Positions 37,129 through 46,530 of a stretch of DNA of 64,000 nucleotides are shown here, piece after piece. Every line of letters starts with the position of its first letter. The first letter of the stretch is position 1. Below the pieces are notes generated by a model that was not told the DNA's origin, ran no database searches, and saw only the letters and a list, made by a program, of their open reading frames with translations. Location: the IMG/VR virus record IMGVR_UViG_3300027759_000045, positions 282,857-346,856 of that record; one strand, given 5' to 3'. Position numbers and translations under genes: made by a program.

Positions 37129-37716
37129 TCACTTGTTGGCCAATGGATTATCAATGGCCTTTTGTATTTTGCTATCAACTTCTTTCTTTAACTGTACAAC
37201 TTCACGTTCAATTTCTCTACGTGCATCGGCCATTTCTCTACGAATAACACTGGCTTCGTTACGTGCCTTTTCTAAGTCCTCACGCACTGCCTTGCGCATG
37301 TCACGCATTTCTGCTTCAGTTTCACGCTGTGCTGTTTTAACACTGCGTTCTACCTGCTCAGTTACTGATTCGTTACGACGTAGATCATTCTTCAAGTCTG
37401 TTTTGATATCACGAGTGTAGTCCGAGGTCTTGGCTGAGTTTTCTTCTATGACTGCTAGGCGTTTGTCAAAGCCACTTAGGTCTGGTGCGGCATATTCAGC
37501 AATCTTTTTCTTCATGCCTACGTAGTCCTTGTACACTTCAAACGTGCCATACAGTCCGCCTAATATACTGCTGACAATAGTGGCGGCTACCATGAGTTTG
37601 GCAGGTGTGAACTCATAACCACCAATTGAGATCACAGTATCTTTTGAGGCATACTTCTTTGCAGCCGCCTCAAGTTCGTCAACCTTGGCATCAACGCTTT
37701 TAATTTCTTCAGTCAT
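37129..37716 (-). CDS. Single-TM coiled-coil protein
   Basis: GGAG SD before MTEEIK; TM LMVAATIVSSILGGLYG then long heptads. Confidence 0.75.
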   Translation of the reverse strand: MTEEIKSVDAKVDELEAAAKKYASKDTVISIGGYEFTPAKLMVAATIVSSILGGLYGTFEVYKDYVGMKKKIAEYAAPDLSGFDKRLAVIEENSAKTSDYTRDIKTDLKNDLRRNESVTEQVERSVKTAQRETEAEMRDMRKAVREDLEKARNEASVIRREMADARREIEREVVQLKKEVDSKIQKAIDNPLANK

Positions 37717-37718
37717 TT

Positions 37719-37880
37719 TTAAGCTCCTATTTTTATTCTTGTGGATACCATTCTTATCCATTCTTTTTTGGCTTCTAGATTGTCTCGGGCATTCTGCACT
37801 CGTGTACTATTTTTTGTTATGATGCTGGATGTTGATAATCCTAGACCAATCCCTATAATTACATAAACAATGTATTCCAT
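37719..37880 (-). CDS. Single-TM microprotein (53 aa), not in ORF track
   Basis: AAGGAG SD; MEYIVYVIIGIGLGLSTSS.. Confidence 0.6.
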   Translation of the reverse strand: MEYIVYVIIGIGLGLSTSSIITKNSTRVQNARDNLEAKKEWIRMVSTRIKIGA

Positions 37881-37890
37881 GTTGTTCTCC

Positions 37891-40122
37891 TTATTTGTAC
37901 TGCAAGTCTATCAACTGTTGGTGAAGTCTATCGCTACCCAGTCCGCGTAACAATCTTGCATTGTCAACATTGACTTGATTCCGGTATATTTCTCTTGGTG
38001 CATAAAATGCCACATCCGGCATGGCTGTTGAATATGATTGATAACCTGCCGGCTGTGTGGCCATTCTGGTCAAATCAACTCCGCCGGCCAGTTCATTTGA
38101 CTGCACATTTTTGTTTACTGAGTCTGTGCGCTGTTCTTGTGTGCCAGCACTTGGTAACACAGAACGTTGTTCCATGGCATCATTTAGTACAGAACGGCCG
38201 CCAATTTTGATACCTTCAATCTGTGGTGTTTCTAGTTCCGGTTGTGTGTTGTTGCGCCCTGGCGCTGATTGCAAACTGTACATATCAAACTGACCCGGCA
38301 TCATGCTTGATGACAAAGACATATTGGGATCAGCAAATACACTTGATGTTACTGGGCGTAGACCACCAATTGTGACCACAGTGGTCGATGCTACGCTGGC
38401 TACATTTACCATGGACATTTGTGATTGACTGCTAGATACCACTAATCCTGTGCCTGTGCTGGCCTGTGTCATGCTACCAGCAATGCTTTGAGCAGTAAGT
38501 GCGCCGGCCACATTCTCTGCTTGTTGTTGTGCTTGTTGCGCATCTTTGGCAGCGGCTGTTTCTGCGGCCTGTACAACAGACTTTGCTTCGTTGCCTATTC
38601 TAGCTTGATTGCTACTAATCATGCTCATAACACTGCCTAGACTTGGCGCTGACTTGCTGTTGCTATCGCTGGCTGTTTTAACTTCACCTGCTCGAGGTTG
38701 ACTACTACCACCCTGTGGAGGAGGTTGATTTGCTGGTGTGCTATTTGTATTGCTAGAAGCCGGAGGTGGTGCACCTTGAGGCGGGGGAGGGCTACCAGGA
38801 GGAGGTTCTGAACCTGGAGGAGGTGGACTGCCTGGTGGTGGGGGAGGGCTACCAGGAGGAGGCGCTGGCTGTGCGGGATCATTCACTGACATTCCCGTAG
38901 TTGGATCCATTGTTGTGATCTGTGTACCATCTGTAGTTGGTGTGCTTGCTGGCGCCAATTGTTTGGCTATAGCTAATGCGTATCCTTTACAATCAGGGCT
39001 GTATAAAGGATTAGCTAGACAAGGGTCAGCTGTGTAAATCATTGTTGCCCAGGCACCTTCTATAGACGAACCGGTGCCAGATGCTGACCCTACAATTCTA
39101 CCTGTGCCTAACAATGATTGATTCATGCTTGATGGCAACAAGTACTTTTCACTTACTGATCCACTGGTACCGTCACCTGTGAAACTATAACTCTTTGAAT
39201 GTATAGATTGGTTACTACTGTTAGTCAACGAAAAAGATGCATTAGCATACGCAGGTACGTTCATATACCACGAACACGATCCGTCTTGGTTGGTAGCAGT
39301 ACATCCGTACCAACTTTGTCCAACTCTCCAGTTAAACCCGTAATTAAATCCGTGTATCCTTGCACCAACGCCAGCACTTTCCAGTGCGGTATTAATTGCA
39401 AATGCTTGATTTAGACTTGAACCTCCCTTGGTTGAATCTAATAAATTATTAGTGTTAATAATGTTACCAAAGCCAGCACAAGTTGAACTATAAGCAGGAT
39501 TGTTAGCACAAGGATCAATTGAGTACTTTAATTTAGCATACACATCGGTAACCACTGGTCCATACAAACCAGCCCAGCCCCCTGAGTCAACACCTGAGAA
39601 TGAAATGTTTAATTTGTTAAGTCCGGTAAGTGAGTACGGTGTTGCAAAGTTAACATTTTGATTTTCTTGTTGCCATGCATATACCCATGTGTTATAATTA
39701 AAATTCTGAGAATATACATTAGTACCAGCAGAGTTAGTTAAACTAACATTGGCACTTAATTGGTCAACTATGCCATTTGAATCAAAGCAAGATTGTTCCC
39801 CGCCTATTTTGTTCTTACACCAGTTGGCATATCGCCATCCATATTGTAGTCCACTAACAATAATACCGGTGCCAGTCAAGGCTTGATTGACTGCAATTGA
39901 TTGTGATACTGTGCCAGCTTGCCAACTAAATTGATACCCGTCACTGCCGCCAGCGCCAAACATTCCAGCGGTGCCGTTTCCAGTTGTAGTCCATCCAGTG
40001 GAGCCATTGGTAAATCCTGGATTGGTAATTAAATTACCGCTGACGTAATCCTGTGCGTTAGAATAACTTGTGGACAAGAACGCCAAGGATAGCGCCAATG
40101 CCAACTTTCTTATAAGTGTCAT
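37891..40122 (-). CDS. Large exported protein: two jelly-roll/lectin-like domains, Pro-rich linker, C-terminal domain
   Basis: Signal peptide SNA-Q; DPCxxNPxYSxxC twice; PPPGS repeats. Confidence 0.75.
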   Translation of the reverse strand: MTLIRKLALALSLAFLSTSYSNAQDYVSGNLITNPGFTNGSTGWTTTGNGTAGMFGAGGSDGYQFSWQAGTVSQSIAVNQALTGTGIIVSGLQYGWRYANWCKNKIGGEQSCFDSNGIVDQLSANVSLTNSAGTNVYSQNFNYNTWVYAWQQENQNVNFATPYSLTGLNKLNISFSGVDSGGWAGLYGPVVTDVYAKLKYSIDPCANNPAYSSTCAGFGNIINTNNLLDSTKGGSSLNQAFAINTALESAGVGARIHGFNYGFNWRVGQSWYGCTATNQDGSCSWYMNVPAYANASFSLTNSSNQSIHSKSYSFTGDGTSGSVSEKYLLPSSMNQSLLGTGRIVGSASGTGSSIEGAWATMIYTADPCLANPLYSPDCKGYALAIAKQLAPASTPTTDGTQITTMDPTTGMSVNDPAQPAPPPGSPPPPPGSPPPPGSEPPPGSPPPPQGAPPPASSNTNSTPANQPPPQGGSSQPRAGEVKTASDSNSKSAPSLGSVMSMISSNQARIGNEAKSVVQAAETAAAKDAQQAQQQAENVAGALTAQSIAGSMTQASTGTGLVVSSSQSQMSMVNVASVASTTVVTIGGLRPVTSSVFADPNMSLSSSMMPGQFDMYSLQSAPGRNNTQPELETPQIEGIKIGGRSVLNDAMEQRSVLPSAGTQEQRTDSVNKNVQSNELAGGVDLTRMATQPAGYQSYSTAMPDVAFYAPREIYRNQVNVDNARLLRGLGSDRLHQQLIDLQYK
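38761..38870 (-). repeat. PPPGS coding repeats
   Basis: APPPGSPPPPPGSPPPPGSEPPPGSPPPP. Confidence 0.85.
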
Positions 40123-41179
40123 CTAGTTTTGCCTCGTCAATCTTTGGAATCCGGTCTGGATTTGCTTCCCAACTTGCTTTTGCTTGTTCACCAATCTTGC
40201 CTTCGTATGGGCAAGGTGTGCCAGCTGCCAACATGGCATCAAACACACGACGGTCTTGACACATGGTAGCAACTGCCGCTACCTTCATGCCCATGTCATA
40301 TAGAGTTTTACTTAACTTCAAGCGTTCGCAATTCATGTCACGTACTGTTCCACCTGAACTTACGCCAAACACTTGTGTCTGCACAGATCCCGAACTGCCA
40401 GTTGAACATAAGTCAGCATTGCCACCACTCAGCATAGCAGGAGCAACCGCAGTTGGCGGAGGTTGAATGATTCGTTGTGTAATCTCACTGGTGTTAATAT
40501 TACGATTGGTCATATCACCAGTCTGCATGTTTTGATTAACTGCTGTACTTTGATTAACGTTATTGTTAACATTGTTGCTGGTGCTGGTCGACGTGTTGAT
40601 ATTACGATTGGTCATATCACCAGTATTAACGTTGTTGTTGGTGGCTGTGCTGGTGTTAACGTTGTTGTTATTGTTGGTGGCTGTGCTGACATTGTTGTTG
40701 TTGTAGGTCATTGTGCCACTATTAATATTATTGTTGGTGTTTACATTGGTAGCAGTACTGGCGTTGACATTGTTGTTGTTATAAGTCATTGTGCCTGAGT
40801 TGACATTGTTATTGTTGTAGGTCATTGAACCTGAATTAACGTTGTTGTTGTTAATGGTACTTGTGCCAGAGTTAATATTGTTATTGGTATTGACACTGGT
40901 GTTAGCATTGGTATTGTTACTGGTACTGTTGACCGCGGCTGTGCTAGTGCTGTTGCTATTACTAGTAGTATTGCTGTTGGAAGTAACGGTGCTGGTACTA
41001 TTGCTGGTACTATTAGTGTCAACCAGGCTCTTAGAGTCGTAGGTACCTTGATTGATCAGTGTGCTTGTGCCTGTGGTCGTTCCACCGGTTGTGCCAGACG
41101 TAGTGGTTGTTTGTGCTGTTGCCGTTGCTGATACTACTAAAACAAGCCAGGCTACGCCCCTGAATAGTCTCTGTTTCAT
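40058..41179 (-). CDS. Exported Asn/Thr-rich repeat protein with Cys-rich C-terminal domain
   Basis: Signal peptide ATA-Q; NNNNVNSGTMTY-type repeats; four Cys; TAAATA at 41211-41216. Confidence 0.8.
   Translation of the reverse strand: MKQRLFRGVAWLVLVVSATATAQTTTTSGTTGGTTTGTSTLINQGTYDSKSLVDTNSTSNSTSTVTSNSNTTSNSNSTSTAAVNSTSNNTNANTSVNTNNNINSGTSTINNNNVNSGSMTYNNNNVNSGTMTYNNNNVNASTATNVNTNNNINSGTMTYNNNNVSTATNNNNNVNTSTATNNNVNTGDMTNRNINTSTSTSNNVNNNVNQSTAVNQNMQTGDMTNRNINTSEITQRIIQPPPTAVAPAMLSGGNADLCSTGSSGSVQTQVFGVSSGGTVRDMNCERLKLSKTLYDMGMKVAAVATMCQDRRVFDAMLAAGTPCPYEGKIGEQAKASWEANPDRIPKIDEAKLDDTYKKVGIGAILGVLVHKLF
40490..40990 (-). repeat. Asn-rich degenerate coding repeats (boundaries approximate)
   Basis: gttgttgtt arrays; TGDMTNRNINTS twice; SG(T/S)MTYNNNNV three times. 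Confidence 0.8.
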
Positions 41180-41365
41180 GCTATCACCTTTATAGTTATT
41201 ATTATCTTGATATTTATTGCGTTAGAGCAATAAAATTCAGTGGGCATAGATCCGTTTACTTTTTTTGGGCATGGTACTGTAAACCGATAAATTAATACAC
41301 AATCAATAAAATTGTTCTACAAATAGAACACAGTAATACAATCTATCCGAAAGAATACTCATAAT

Positions 41366-42610
41366 ATGAAAAATATAGGCTTCATTGGCATTGGAAAATT
41401 AGGTCTGGAATGTGCAGAAGTACTGGCTGAAAAGTTCACAGTCCGGGGCTACGACACAAGCCCAAGAACCAGTGACCTGGTACGAGTTTGCAGTATTGAA
41501 GAAACCATAAACAAAAGTGAGTGGATTTTTATTGCTGTTCCTACTCCTCATGCTGAGGGGTATGACGGAAGCACTCCGTCAAGTCATTTGACTCCCAAAG
41601 ATTTTGGACATGACGCAGTCAAAGAAGCCATTACAAACATCAACCAGTATGCTACATCACCTAAGAAAGTTGTGCTGATTTCCACAGTGTTGCCCGGTAC
41701 CACTCGCAAATACTTTGTACCATTGTTAGATGCAAAACATCAATTTTTATATAACCCATATTTGATTGCCATGGGATCAGTTAAATGGGACATGGTCAAC
41801 CCAGAAATGATTATGATTGGTACAGAAGATGGCAATCCAAATGCACTGGCTGGAGAGTTGGTAGAAATTTACAATCAAGTTATGCAAAACAACCCACGCT
41901 ACGAAATTGGCACCTGGGATGAATGCGAAGCAATCAAGATCTTCTACAACACATTCATTTCGGCCAAGATCGGTCTTGCAAACATGATTCAAGACTTTGC
42001 ACTAAAAATTGGCAACATCAATGTGGATGTGGTAACCAATGCATTGGCTCGTTCAACCATGCGTATTATGGGTCCCAAATACATGACAGCAGGTATGGGG
42101 GATGCAGGTGCATGTCATCCCAGAGACAACATTGCCCTGCGTTGGTTAGCCGAAGAATATGATCTTGGCTATGACATGTTTGATACTATCATGTATGCTC
42201 GCGAAATACAAGCAAAAAATCTTGCTAAGTTTTTAGTAGACACCGCAAAAGAACGCGGCATGAGCATTGTAATTCATGGCAAAGCCTACAAGCCAGATGT
42301 TGCGTACTGTATTGGATCGTACTCAACTCTGATTGGACATTTTGTAAAAGAATTTGGATTTAATGTTAGATATGTTGATCCTCTAGCAGATGATCCAACA
42401 GAAGTAGTGTCAGAGTTGATTGGTCCTTGTGTGCTGTTGCTGGCACACAACCGCCAGGTGACATACGGCTACACCGGAAACACAGTCAAGGATGGATTCT
42501 ATTGCGACATACCTAAAGGCAGTGTTGTTGTTGATCCTTGGCGCTCAATGCTGTCACCAACAGCCAACCTTGAAGTAATACACTACGGAAACACACGAAA
42601 CAAAAAATGA
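41366..42610 (+). CDS. UDP-glucose/GDP-mannose dehydrogenase family
   Basis: GIGKLG, IAVPTP, STVLPGT, IKIFYN, GACHPRD. Confidence 0.9.
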   Translation: MKNIGFIGIGKLGLECAEVLAEKFTVRGYDTSPRTSDLVRVCSIEETINKSEWIFIAVPTPHAEGYDGSTPSSHLTPKDFGHDAVKEAITNINQYATSPKKVVLISTVLPGTTRKYFVPLLDAKHQFLYNPYLIAMGSVKWDMVNPEMIMIGTEDGNPNALAGELVEIYNQVMQNNPRYEIGTWDECEAIKIFYNTFISAKIGLANMIQDFALKIGNINVDVVTNALARSTMRIMGPKYMTAGMGDAGACHPRDNIALRWLAEEYDLGYDMFDTIMYAREIQAKNLAKFLVDTAKERGMSIVIHGKAYKPDVAYCIGSYSTLIGHFVKEFGFNVRYVDPLADDPTEVVSELIGPCVLLLAHNRQVTYGYTGNTVKDGFYCDIPKGSVVVDPWRSMLSPTANLEVIHYGNTRNKK

Positions 42611-43122
42611 TATACAATCCACGGAAATACCAATTATATAAATTCTGGGATGAAGAGTTTAAAAACTTGGATTACATTCAAGAGCCTTTTAACGATCCTG
42701 CAAGTTTAGAACTATGGCAAAGTCAAGGATATCAAAGTAAAATTTGTGGCGAACTATGTGACATGCGACACAGACTTCCGGACTGGGCACCAAAGTTTAT
42801 AGATATGTACCGGGCACAAGGCTGGCAAGACATTGGCCTAGCGTTTTATCGCATGCCCACCGGCACAGTTATGCCGGTGCATAGAGATCTGTACAAGCGT
42901 TATATCGAACTGTTTAATTTGCAAGGTCGAGAACGATCAATACGTCGAGCATTGGTGTTGTTAGAAGATTGGAAACCCGGACACTACCTTGAAGTAGATG
43001 GTGTTCCTTATGTCAATTGGAAAGCAGGACAAACATCAGAATGGGTGTATGATGCACCGCACATGGCAGCCAACATTGGACTTGAAGATCGGTACACATT
43101 GCAAATTACAGGGCACCTATGA
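42607..43122 (+). CDS. 2OG-Fe(II) oxygenase
   Basis: MPVHRD, APHMAAN, RYTLQITG. Confidence 0.75.
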   Translation: MIYNPRKYQLYKFWDEEFKNLDYIQEPFNDPASLELWQSQGYQSKICGELCDMRHRLPDWAPKFIDMYRAQGWQDIGLAFYRMPTGTVMPVHRDLYKRYIELFNLQGRERSIRRALVLLEDWKPGHYLEVDGVPYVNWKAGQTSEWVYDAPHMAANIGLEDRYTLQITGHL

Positions 43123-44036
43123 TAGACAGCCGTAACGAATGGGATCCACTGGAAGCCATAGTAGTTGGCAGTGCAACCAACGCCAATTGGCCCAGCAATG
43201 ATCCGGTATTTGCTATAGAATCGTCTAAAACATCCTGGACCGAAACACCTGTGCCAACTGGTCCTGTACCCAACTGGATTGTTGAAGAAGCCAACGCGGA
43301 ACTTGATCGCCTGTCAGAGATATTAGCTGACTACGGCGCAGTAGTGTACAGACCCAAACCGATGGACTTTGTTGAGTTAGGTGGAATGTACAACTATTGT
43401 CCACGTGATAGATTGTTAGTAGCAGGCGACACTGTGGTTGATGTAAACATGATGTATCCTTGCCGGAATCAAGAAACCGAAGGCCTACAACAAATTATTC
43501 AACAAGCTAACACAGTGTTAACAATGCCCCGGGATCAAGGCATGATTTTAGATGCTGCCAATGTATGCAGACTAGGTGGCACCTGGTTATACCTACAAAG
43601 TCACAGTGGTAATTTGGCCGCATATGATTGGCTGTGCAATCAATTCCCTGCGATTGACATTGAGCTGTGTAACTTTTATTCCGGAGTACACATTGACAGT
43701 ACCATTGTGCCTGTGCGGGAAGGATTGGTATTGTTGAATGCCAGTCGTGTAACTGAATCAAATTGTCCGGCAGCGTTTGATTCCTGGGAAAAAATCTACA
43801 TCGACGATGTAGTGCCACAGGGCTTTTATCAATATCCGTATGCATCCAAATGGATTGCCATGAATATGTTGGTGCTGGATCCCCGAACAGTTATTGTAGA
43901 TGCCGCACAAACAGCACTAATTACTGTATTAAAGTCAAAAGGCATTGATGCTATACCTCATACGCTAAGCCACAGCCGTACATTAGGTGGTGGGTTTCAT
44001 TGCGTGACACTTGACACACGGAGAAAACATGATTGA
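43119..44036 (+). CDS. Amidinotransferase (glycine/inosamine-phosphate amidinotransferase family)
   Basis: NEWDPLEAIVVG, YCPRD, HIDST, GGGFHCVT. Confidence 0.9.
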   Translation: MIDSRNEWDPLEAIVVGSATNANWPSNDPVFAIESSKTSWTETPVPTGPVPNWIVEEANAELDRLSEILADYGAVVYRPKPMDFVELGGMYNYCPRDRLLVAGDTVVDVNMMYPCRNQETEGLQQIIQQANTVLTMPRDQGMILDAANVCRLGGTWLYLQSHSGNLAAYDWLCNQFPAIDIELCNFYSGVHIDSTIVPVREGLVLLNASRVTESNCPAAFDSWEKIYIDDVVPQGFYQYPYASKWIAMNMLVLDPRTVIVDAAQTALITVLKSKGIDAIPHTLSHSRTLGGGFHCVTLDTRRKHD

Positions 44037-45306
44037 TACTGATGTAATAACACGCATGATAGAACAGCAAATTGCTGACACAGTCAATGATCATGTGTAC
44101 GGAGTGCTTACATCAACTGAGTGGTCCAAACCTCTTGAAGATAAGATATTAAAGTACACACAAGATCGTATACTTTCAAAATTTGCCAACTCAACAACCA
44201 TGCCTGAAATCCTTGAAGCTGTTAAAACCACGGTTGCCGAATTATTTGCTGCTGGCACAGTTCCTGGCGTTGCACAGTTTGTCAACAACAATCTCATTAA
44301 GACCACTGTTGACCAAGAAGTAGATCGCATCACACGAACCGCAGTTACAGAATTGTTCACGGACGTGGTATGGTTAGAAAAGATTGAAAAAACGCTTAAT
44401 CAAATGGTAGTGCACCGCACAGTGGCAACCATTGGGTCAATTGACATCAACACTGTTATTCATCAGCGTGTGGATGAAAATATGGCTCGATTAAAAATTG
44501 AATTGTTAAACAATTTTTCCAGCACAGGCATTGATGACCAGGCCACATCTTGCCAACTGACAATCTTAGATGAAACAACAGTGATTGAAAATGTGTTAAC
44601 TGCCCGTGCTGCCAAGTTTGTAGAGTCAGTCACAGTTAAAGACCTGGCAGTTACCGGATCTATCAACACAGATAATCAAAGTTGGAATGTGTTGGCTGCC
44701 GACATAAGTGCCAAGACGCTAGCACAACTGAATCAAGACTGGAAAGATCGTTTGGTTGAGCAGGTTGCAGAAGAAATTAAACGGAATGGCATTAAATTTG
44801 ACAATGTCACTGTTGATGACCAGTTGTTGGTGTCCGGCAACCAGTTGGCACGAACTATCACACAAAGTAATTTACAAAAAGTAGGTCGGCTTCGAGATCT
44901 GACAGTGGAAGGTGAAACCAGTCTAAACGAAACTGTTGTTGTAGTTAAAAAGCGGCTGGGTGTCAATACAGAACATCCGGACTCTGCACTGAATGTATGG
45001 GACGAAGAAATCAGTATATCCGCAGGCAAGTACAAGAATCAAGAAGCATATATTGGTACCAGTCGCGACCAAGCACTGAACATTGGCGTTAATAAACTAC
45101 CTCAACTGACCATTGGAACAGATGGCATAACTGCTGTCAAAAAATTACGTGTGGCACAGTACATGATAGGACACGGAACAACTGTTCCTAACTATTCCGG
45201 AACCAAGGGCGACATCGTATTCAATGCTGATCCCATGCCCAATGGTGCCTTTGCCTGGGTGTGTCTAGGCAACTACAAATGGAAAACACTAAAGGCTGTT
45301 GAATGA
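44029..45306 (+). CDS. Probable virion/fibre-associated protein (425 aa)
   Basis: GGAG SD; C-terminal GDIVFN..AWVCLG..W motif. Confidence 0.6.
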   Translation: MIDTDVITRMIEQQIADTVNDHVYGVLTSTEWSKPLEDKILKYTQDRILSKFANSTTMPEILEAVKTTVAELFAAGTVPGVAQFVNNNLIKTTVDQEVDRITRTAVTELFTDVVWLEKIEKTLNQMVVHRTVATIGSIDINTVIHQRVDENMARLKIELLNNFSSTGIDDQATSCQLTILDETTVIENVLTARAAKFVESVTVKDLAVTGSINTDNQSWNVLAADISAKTLAQLNQDWKDRLVEQVAEEIKRNGIKFDNVTVDDQLLVSGNQLARTITQSNLQKVGRLRDLTVEGETSLNETVVVVKKRLGVNTEHPDSALNVWDEEISISAGKYKNQEAYIGTSRDQALNIGVNKLPQLTIGTDGITAVKKLRVAQYMIGHGTTVPNYSGTKGDIVFNADPMPNGAFAWVCLGNYKWKTLKAVE

Positions 45307-45860
45307 GAATCAATTGGGTTGTGTCAGACTCCACTGTGTTACCACCAGACGTTGATGTCACTGTGCTCAAAGACATTGCAGCCATCTGGGGTGGCTGGCG
45401 CACCTGGCGCGGTTGTAGCACTGACAATGTTGTGTGTGATGATGCAGGCAAAGCACGTGAGTTGCTAAAACGCAAAATGAATGAAATGTGCAACATGTAT
45501 GTGCCTTCATCAATCTATGCCGAGCTTGACCGACCCCGAGGCGTACAACTGTACGAAGGGCAGTTTACTTTTGAAATAGACAACAAAGACGAATTGATCA
45601 GTATTCAGTTAGTGGCCGGTCAAAGTGATGTTGTGTTGCTTGTGGGATTTGACTGGACCGAACGACCCAAGAGTGCAGATCGGTTAACAGCGCATCGAGC
45701 AACAAATTATCAGCGTTTTGTCAAAGATGCCATTTCGAGCAATCCCGCAGTGCAATGGGTTTTGGTTGACCATGCAGGAGAAGTCTGGCCCGAATTGGCT
45801 GAATTCGAAAATCTTACCAAAGACACGTTGGACAACGTGATCGAACTACTAAAGACTTGA
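45303..45860 (+). CDS. Hypothetical protein, possible glycosyltransferase-like fold
   Basis: ATGA overlap; DNVVCDD and LLVGFD motifs. Confidence 0.5.
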   Translation: MRINWVVSDSTVLPPDVDVTVLKDIAAIWGGWRTWRGCSTDNVVCDDAGKARELLKRKMNEMCNMYVPSSIYAELDRPRGVQLYEGQFTFEIDNKDELISIQLVAGQSDVVLLVGFDWTERPKSADRLTAHRATNYQRFVKDAISSNPAVQWVLVDHAGEVWPELAEFENLTKDTLDNVIELLKT

Positions 45861-45896
45861 CACCTTAGAAAATGTAATATCTCAGTTTAAGTAATG

Positions 45897-46166
45897 TTAC
45901 TCAACCACAATGTCAACGTTGACATCTGGGTATAGATCGATCCAACAAGATAGTACTAAATTTTTATAGGCTTCTGCAGTAGCGTTATCGACCCAGGCCC
46001 AGCGGTTGACACACCTAACCCCTGTGCTAGGATTGTTTGTAAACTCAAGTTCTCCGGTGTATTTTCCTTCAGCTTGCCAGGCAGCGCATTGATTCATAAT
46101 ATTATCATGCTGTGGCTGTAAGTGAAACGGTGTAGTTTGGGTAAGTGTAAGGATGGTTTTAATCAT
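45897..46166 (-). CDS. Hypothetical protein, tandem copy 2
   Basis: Paralog of 46193-46459. Confidence 0.75.
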   Translation of the reverse strand: MIKTILTLTQTTPFHLQPQHDNIMNQCAAWQAEGKYTGELEFTNNPSTGVRCVNRWAWVDNATAEAYKNLVLSCWIDLYPDVNVDIVVE

Positions 46167-46192
46167 ATGATATTCTACAATTTTAAGTAATG

Positions 46193-46459
46193 TTACTCAA
46201 CCACAATGTCAACGTTGATATCTGGGTATAGATCGATCCAACTAGCCAGTACTAAATTTTTATAGGCTTCTGCAGTAGCGTTATCGACCCAGGCCCAGCG
46301 TTCAACACGTCTAACTCCTGTAACAGTATTGTGTGTGATGTCAAGTTCTCCGGTGTATTTTCCTTCGGTTTGCCAGGTAGCGCATTGGTTCATAATATTA
46401 TCCATTTGTGGCTGTGGAAATGGTGCAGTGTGGGTAATTGTAAGGATGGTTTTAATCAT
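46193..46459 (-). CDS. Hypothetical protein, tandem copy 1
   Basis: TAAATA at 46479-46484 and GGAG SD. Confidence 0.75.
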   Translation of the reverse strand: MIKTILTITHTAPFPQPQMDNIMNQCATWQTEGKYTGELDITHNTVTGVRRVERWAWVDNATAEAYKNLVLASWIDLYPDINVDIVVE

Positions 46460-46495
46460 ATGGTATTCTCCGATGAATTATTTATCAAAAAGCAT

Positions 46496-46524
46496 TTGAC
46501 TTTTAATTAAACATACTGTACAAT
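46496..46524 (+). promoter_or_regulatory. sigma70 promoter for uvdE
   Basis: TTGACT-17 bp-TACAAT; ATG 6 nt downstream. Confidence 0.7.
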
Positions 46525-46530
46525 TACAGC

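Larger units (their letters stand above)
45886..46468. repeat. Tandem gene duplication, unit about 296 bp
   Basis: tttaagtaatgttactcaaccacaatgtcaacgttga at 45886 and 46182. Confidence 0.9.

Noticed and set aside
41213-41234. Third copy of the PhaR-like box
   Set aside because: The spacer is 6 nt rather than 3 and the flanks differ; kept only as a separate possible operator
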